From positions 870,001 through 902,000 of the forward strand of contig NZ_CP026606.1 of assembly GCF_002945325.1 (NCBI RefSeq): a stretch of 32,000 nt of DNA. The letters are read 5' to 3'. Below are positions 27,966-32,000 of this stretch, piece by piece. Both the position numbers and the translations under genes were made by a program. Source of the stretch: Methanococcus maripaludis. Its GTDB lineage: Archaea; AGJL01; Methanococci; Methanococcales; Methanococcaceae. The notes beneath the pieces are model-generated. The model saw only the letters and a program-made list of their open reading frames with translations. It made no database searches and was not told the origin of the DNA. The stretch's first letter is position 1, and every line of letters starts with the position of its first letter.

Positions 27966-28352
27966 ATGAGAATTCCTGCAAAAAAGATACCGATAAATGA
28001 AATAACCTCTGGAAAATTCGTTGAAACGGAAGGCCAGTGGGAATCAAATTATATTGTAACTAAAACTTCAAAACAAGTTTCAAGAGTTGCATTATACGGC
28101 ATAATCGTTTCAAAATATTCCAATACTGCAAAAGAATTTTGTTCTATAACAGTTGAAGATTTAACGGGCGACATTAGAGTTTCTGGATTTAAAGGAATGG
28201 CCAAAAAGCTTGAAACTTTCAAAAAAGGAGATGTCGTGCTGGTTGTTGGAAGGCTTAGAAAAGATTTAAAGGAAAATATTTATGTATTTCCTGAAATCGT
28301 TAGAGAAGTTGAAGCTGACGAATTTTTCTTAAATGTATTTGAAAATTACTAG
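27966..28352 (+). CDS. OB-fold protein, RPA32-like subunit lacking a winged-helix tail
   Basis: A 128-aa OB pattern (VSRVALYGIIVSKY...ITVEDLTGDIRVSGF...GDVVLVVGRL). It lies 12 nt after the previous gene. Confidence 0.55.
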   Translation: MRIPAKKIPINEITSGKFVETEGQWESNYIVTKTSKQVSRVALYGIIVSKYSNTAKEFCSITVEDLTGDIRVSGFKGMAKKLETFKKGDVVLVVGRLRKDLKENIYVFPEIVREVEADEFFLNVFENY

Positions 28353-29058
28353 AGTGGTTGTATTGGATTTTGAAATAATTTCTCACAAAAATATCGATTC
28401 TACAAATACTTACGCATATAATCTTGGAAAATTGGGCAAAAAAAACAAAATAGTGGTTTCAGAAACTCAAAATCGCGGAAAAGGTAGATTGGATAGGTCA
28501 TGGTTTTCTAAAAAAGGTGGACTTTATTTTTCAGTTTTAATTGGTATCGAAGATATTGGAAAACTTGAAAAAATAAATTTTTTAGGGTCACTTTGTGTTA
28601 TAGAAACACTAAAAACTTTTTCAGATGAAAAATTTGAGATAAAATGGCCAAACGATGTTTTATTTGGAAATAAAAAGATATGCGGAATATTAACAGAACT
28701 ACATGTGAGCAAAGGTTATTTAGTACTTGGAATAGGGTTAAATATCAATAATGAAATTGATCCTGAACTTAAAAACATTGCTACCTCATTAAAAGAAATT
28801 GAAAACGTCGAATTTAACGTTGATTTAATTTTAAAGAAATTTGTTGATATATTTGCTAAAAATCTAAAAATTGACGATGAATTACTTCTTGAAAGTTACA
28901 AAAAATACTCAAAAACTTTGTTTAATGATGTAAAATTAATAATGCATGAAAAAACAGCTACTGGAAAAGTTGTTGATATTTCTTACGATGGAATTCATAT
29001 CGATACTGGAAAAATTGTTGAAGTCTTTAACGTTGGAGACTGCATTCATTTGAGATAA
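28333..29058 (+). CDS. birA: Biotin--[acetyl-CoA-carboxylase] ligase (class I, no HTH)
   Basis: Motifs IDSTNTYA, ETQNRGKGRLDRSWFS and KWPNDVLFGNKKICGILTE. The start is ambiguous among ATG 28333 (20-nt overlap with the upstream gene), GTG 28354 and TTG 28363. Confidence 0.85.
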   Translation: MYLKITRVVVLDFEIISHKNIDSTNTYAYNLGKLGKKNKIVVSETQNRGKGRLDRSWFSKKGGLYFSVLIGIEDIGKLEKINFLGSLCVIETLKTFSDEKFEIKWPNDVLFGNKKICGILTELHVSKGYLVLGIGLNINNEIDPELKNIATSLKEIENVEFNVDLILKKFVDIFAKNLKIDDELLLESYKKYSKTLFNDVKLIMHEKTATGKVVDISYDGIHIDTGKIVEVFNVGDCIHLR

Positions 29059-29070
29059 AGAGGTGATAAT

Positions 29071-29688
29071 TTGATTTATAAATTGAATGGAAGAGGTTAC
29101 GACTCGAATTCATATTTAATAGTCGATAAAAAAGTTATTTTGATAGATCCTGGAACTCCAGGAACTTTTGAATTTTTGAAAAAAGATATTTTAAAATACA
29201 CTGATAAAATTGATTACATTATTAACACACACTGCCATTTTGACCATGCTGGAAGCGATTATCTATTTCAGAACGAATTTAATGCCCCTGTTTTAATCCA
29301 TGAACTAGAGTTACCCCACCTTGCAGAAGATAGCAATGTTACAGTAAGTAAACTCTTTGGAATGGATCTGGTTCCACCAAAAGAAATTTTTACAATAAAA
29401 GAAGCTGATTCTGACTTAAAAGAAATTGGAATTGAGATAATACATACCCCAGGACACACTGCTGGTGGAATAAGCATAATATACAAAGATTCACTAATTA
29501 CTGGAGACACCCTGTTTTCATACGGCGTTGGAAGATCCGATTTACCAACGGGAAGCCTAATCGAGTTACGAGAATCGATAAATTCACTTGAAAAAATAGC
29601 TTATAAAAAAGGAATTTTAAAAATATATCCTGGCCATGGAGAAGCTGGCGATTTAAGCGCATTTTCAAATGCAATGTTATTTATATAA
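29071..29688 (+). CDS. Metallo-beta-lactamase fold hydrolase (glyoxalase II-like)
   Basis: THCHFDHAG, HTPGHTAG and the GDTLF motif. TTG start follows GGTGA. Confidence 0.85.
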   Translation: MIYKLNGRGYDSNSYLIVDKKVILIDPGTPGTFEFLKKDILKYTDKIDYIINTHCHFDHAGSDYLFQNEFNAPVLIHELELPHLAEDSNVTVSKLFGMDLVPPKEIFTIKEADSDLKEIGIEIIHTPGHTAGGISIIYKDSLITGDTLFSYGVGRSDLPTGSLIELRESINSLEKIAYKKGILKIYPGHGEAGDLSAFSNAMLFI

Positions 29689-29731
29689 TTTAAACACCCA
29701 AAACTAATCATTATTTAAAACGTTGTGGTAA

Positions 29732-30403
<672 letters not shown>

Positions 30404-30426
30404 ATAAAATATTTTTAAAAATTAAG

Positions 30427-31458
30427 TTAAGGCTTAAGCCCGCCAACGCCTAAACCCTCTTTTTCATCGAATCCCATGATAATATTCATATTTTGGATTG
30501 CCTGACCGCTTGCCCCTTTTACAAGATTGTCTATTGCTGAAACTACAACAATTCTGCCATACTGATCAATTTCAAATCCGCCAATATCGCAGAAGTTGGT
30601 TCCTCGAACTCCAGTTAAAGAAGGCATTCCCTCTTCAAATATTCTTATGAAAAATTCGCCTTTGTAGAACTCTTCATAGATTTCGATAACATCTACTCGG
30701 CTTACATCTTCTTTAAGGAATGAATGCGCAGTTGTCAATATCCCCCTTGTAACTGGCAGAAGGTGGGGAGTAAATGAAACTTTTAAATTTTTGTTTGCAA
30801 GGTATTGAAGCTCTTTTCCAATTTCTGGACTGTGCCTGTGTTTCGTTATTTTGTATGGTCCGATATTTTCATTTACATTTGCAAAATGAGTAGTTTGACT
30901 TGCTTCAACACCTGCACCACTTACTCCGGATTTTGAATCAAAAATTATCCTGTCTTCAACGAGATCATTTGCAACCAGCGGCGCCATTGAAAGAATTGCA
31001 CCTGTTGGGTAACATCCAGGATTTGCAATTGTTTTTGACTTTTTTATTTTTTCCCGGTGGAGTTCTGGAAGACCATAAACTGCAGAATCTATTTTTCCGG
31101 AGTGTTTCAATCCATACCATGATTCATACATATCAATATCTTCAAATCTGTAATCCCCACTTAAATCGATTACATTTATTCCTTTTTCGTGTAGTGTTGG
31201 GACAATTGCCATTGATGCACCGTGAGGTGTTGCACAGAACACAATATCAGTATCGATGTCTTCTGGAGCAATATTTTGGAATTTTAAATCGTTATAATTA
31301 CATAAATTTCTTACCTGGGGGTGAAAATCAGTGAGCTTTTTTCCAGCCTCTTTTCTTGACGTTACATTCACAACTTCGACTTCGTCGTGGTTTGAAAGGA
31401 GTCTTAGAAGTTCTGAGCCCGTATACCCCGTTCCGCCTATTATCGAAACTGTTTTCAT
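30427..31458 (-). CDS. argC: N-acetyl-gamma-glutamyl-phosphate reductase
   Basis: [14 protein letters not shown] is present. The active-site motif is ANPGCYPT. The C-terminus is [21 protein letters not shown] 31458 follows GGTGG. Confidence 0.93.
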   Translation of the reverse strand: MKTVSIIGGTGYTGSELLRLLSNHDEVEVVNVTSRKEAGKKLTDFHPQVRNLCNYNDLKFQNIAPEDIDTDIVFCATPHGASMAIVPTLHEKGINVIDLSGDYRFEDIDMYESWYGLKHSGKIDSAVYGLPELHREKIKKSKTIANPGCYPTGAILSMAPLVANDLVEDRIIFDSKSGVSGAGVEASQTTHFANVNENIGPYKITKHRHSPEIGKELQYLANKNLKVSFTPHLLPVTRGILTTAHSFLKEDVSRVDVIEIYEEFYKGEFFIRIFEEGMPSLTGVRGTNFCDIGGFEIDQYGRIVVVSAIDNLVKGASGQAIQNMNIIMGFDEKEGLGVGGLKP

Positions 31459-31591
31459 TAAAACCACCTTTTAGAATAATGCGAAAATTTTGCTGTATAA
31501 ATTAAAACTTGATGGGATAAAAAAGTAATGATTATCTTTAAAATAACCACCCCCATAAGTTTAAAAATTTAAAAGTTTTAAAAAAAGATTT

Positions 31592-32000
31592 TTAAAGATA
31601 TCCTGTTGGCCATTTTTCATAATGTATTCTTTCTCTATCAAATTTTTCTACCGGAACCGGCTTTTCTGCAGGATTTCCTAATGCTACAACTGAAAAAGGA
31701 ACTACATTTTCTGGCGCATGCAGAACTTTTCTCATTTTTTCGACTCGTTCATCTACAGGATAAAATCCAAGCCATACTGCACCAATTCCCCGATCTTGAG
31801 CTTCTATTAATATATTTTCAGTTGCAGCAGCACAGTCCTGAACCCAGAACTGCCCGCATGATCCATTTACGCGATCCATGTTACCGCATACAACTATTGA
31901 AACTGGTGCTTCGTTTAACATCCTTGCGTGCCTGTTTATTTTAGAAATTCCCGAAAGTGTGTTTTTATCACGAATTACTACAAAATCCCATGGCCTCTGG
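31592..32000 (-). CDS. Nitroreductase-family protein, 5' end beyond the window
   Basis: The frame stays open upstream of the track's first Met to the window edge (QRPWDFVVIRDKNTLSGISKINRHARMLNEAPVSIVVCGN...). This matches the nitroreductase fold pattern. Confidence 0.8.
   Translation of the reverse strand, partial: QRPWDFVVIRDKNTLSGISKINRHARMLNEAPVSIVVCGNMDRVNGSCGQFWVQDCAAATENILIEAQDRGIGAVWLGFYPVDERVEKMRKVLHAPENVVPFSVVALGNPAEKPVPVEKFDRERIHYEKWPTGYL

Overview
This window looks like an AT-rich core chromosomal segment from a hydrogenotrophic methanogen, Methanococcus-like (M. maripaludis / M. vannielii type); the species cannot be fixed from sequence alone. About 31 densely packed protein genes are supported. 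Nearly all are preceded by a GGTG(A/G)-type ribosome-binding site.

Gene content, left to right:
- hpt, an FAH-family hydrolase, a 371-aa orphan protein, an orphan TPP enzyme, a protein with a topoisomerase-type zinc finger, and hypF, all on the + strand.
- The F420-dependent formate dehydrogenase operon fdhA-fdhB on the - strand. fdhA carries an in-frame UGA selenocysteine codon that splits it into two ORFs in the supplied track.
- dys, leuD-type small subunit, thrC, a UPF0148 zinc-ribbon protein, guaB, ilvE, mfnA, fumA, a PHP phosphoesterase and a cyclase-family protein.
- The [Fe]-hydrogenase cluster hmd-hcgA-hcgG, then a membrane hydrolase and purT.
- A three-gene OB-fold (RPA41/14/32-like) operon, then birA, an MBL hydrolase, cofC, argC and a truncated nitroreductase.

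I found no tRNA or rRNA genes, CRISPR arrays, transposases, integrases, prophage genes or recognisable defence genes. I therefore do not see a clear novel multi-gene system.

The least-explained signals are non-coding:
1. A GC-rich cluster of TGTGG/CCACA repeats at the fdh promoter/leader. A 24-26 nt core of it recurs upstream of thrC.
2. No canonical archaeal SECIS could be found for fdhA.
3. A perfect 24-bp palindrome plus a TATA-bracketing inverted repeat lie upstream of hmd.
4. A possible small + strand transcript lies in the 635-bp fdhA-dys spacer.

Several orphan proteins (1440-2555, 2574-4079, 4109-4981) are also functionally open.
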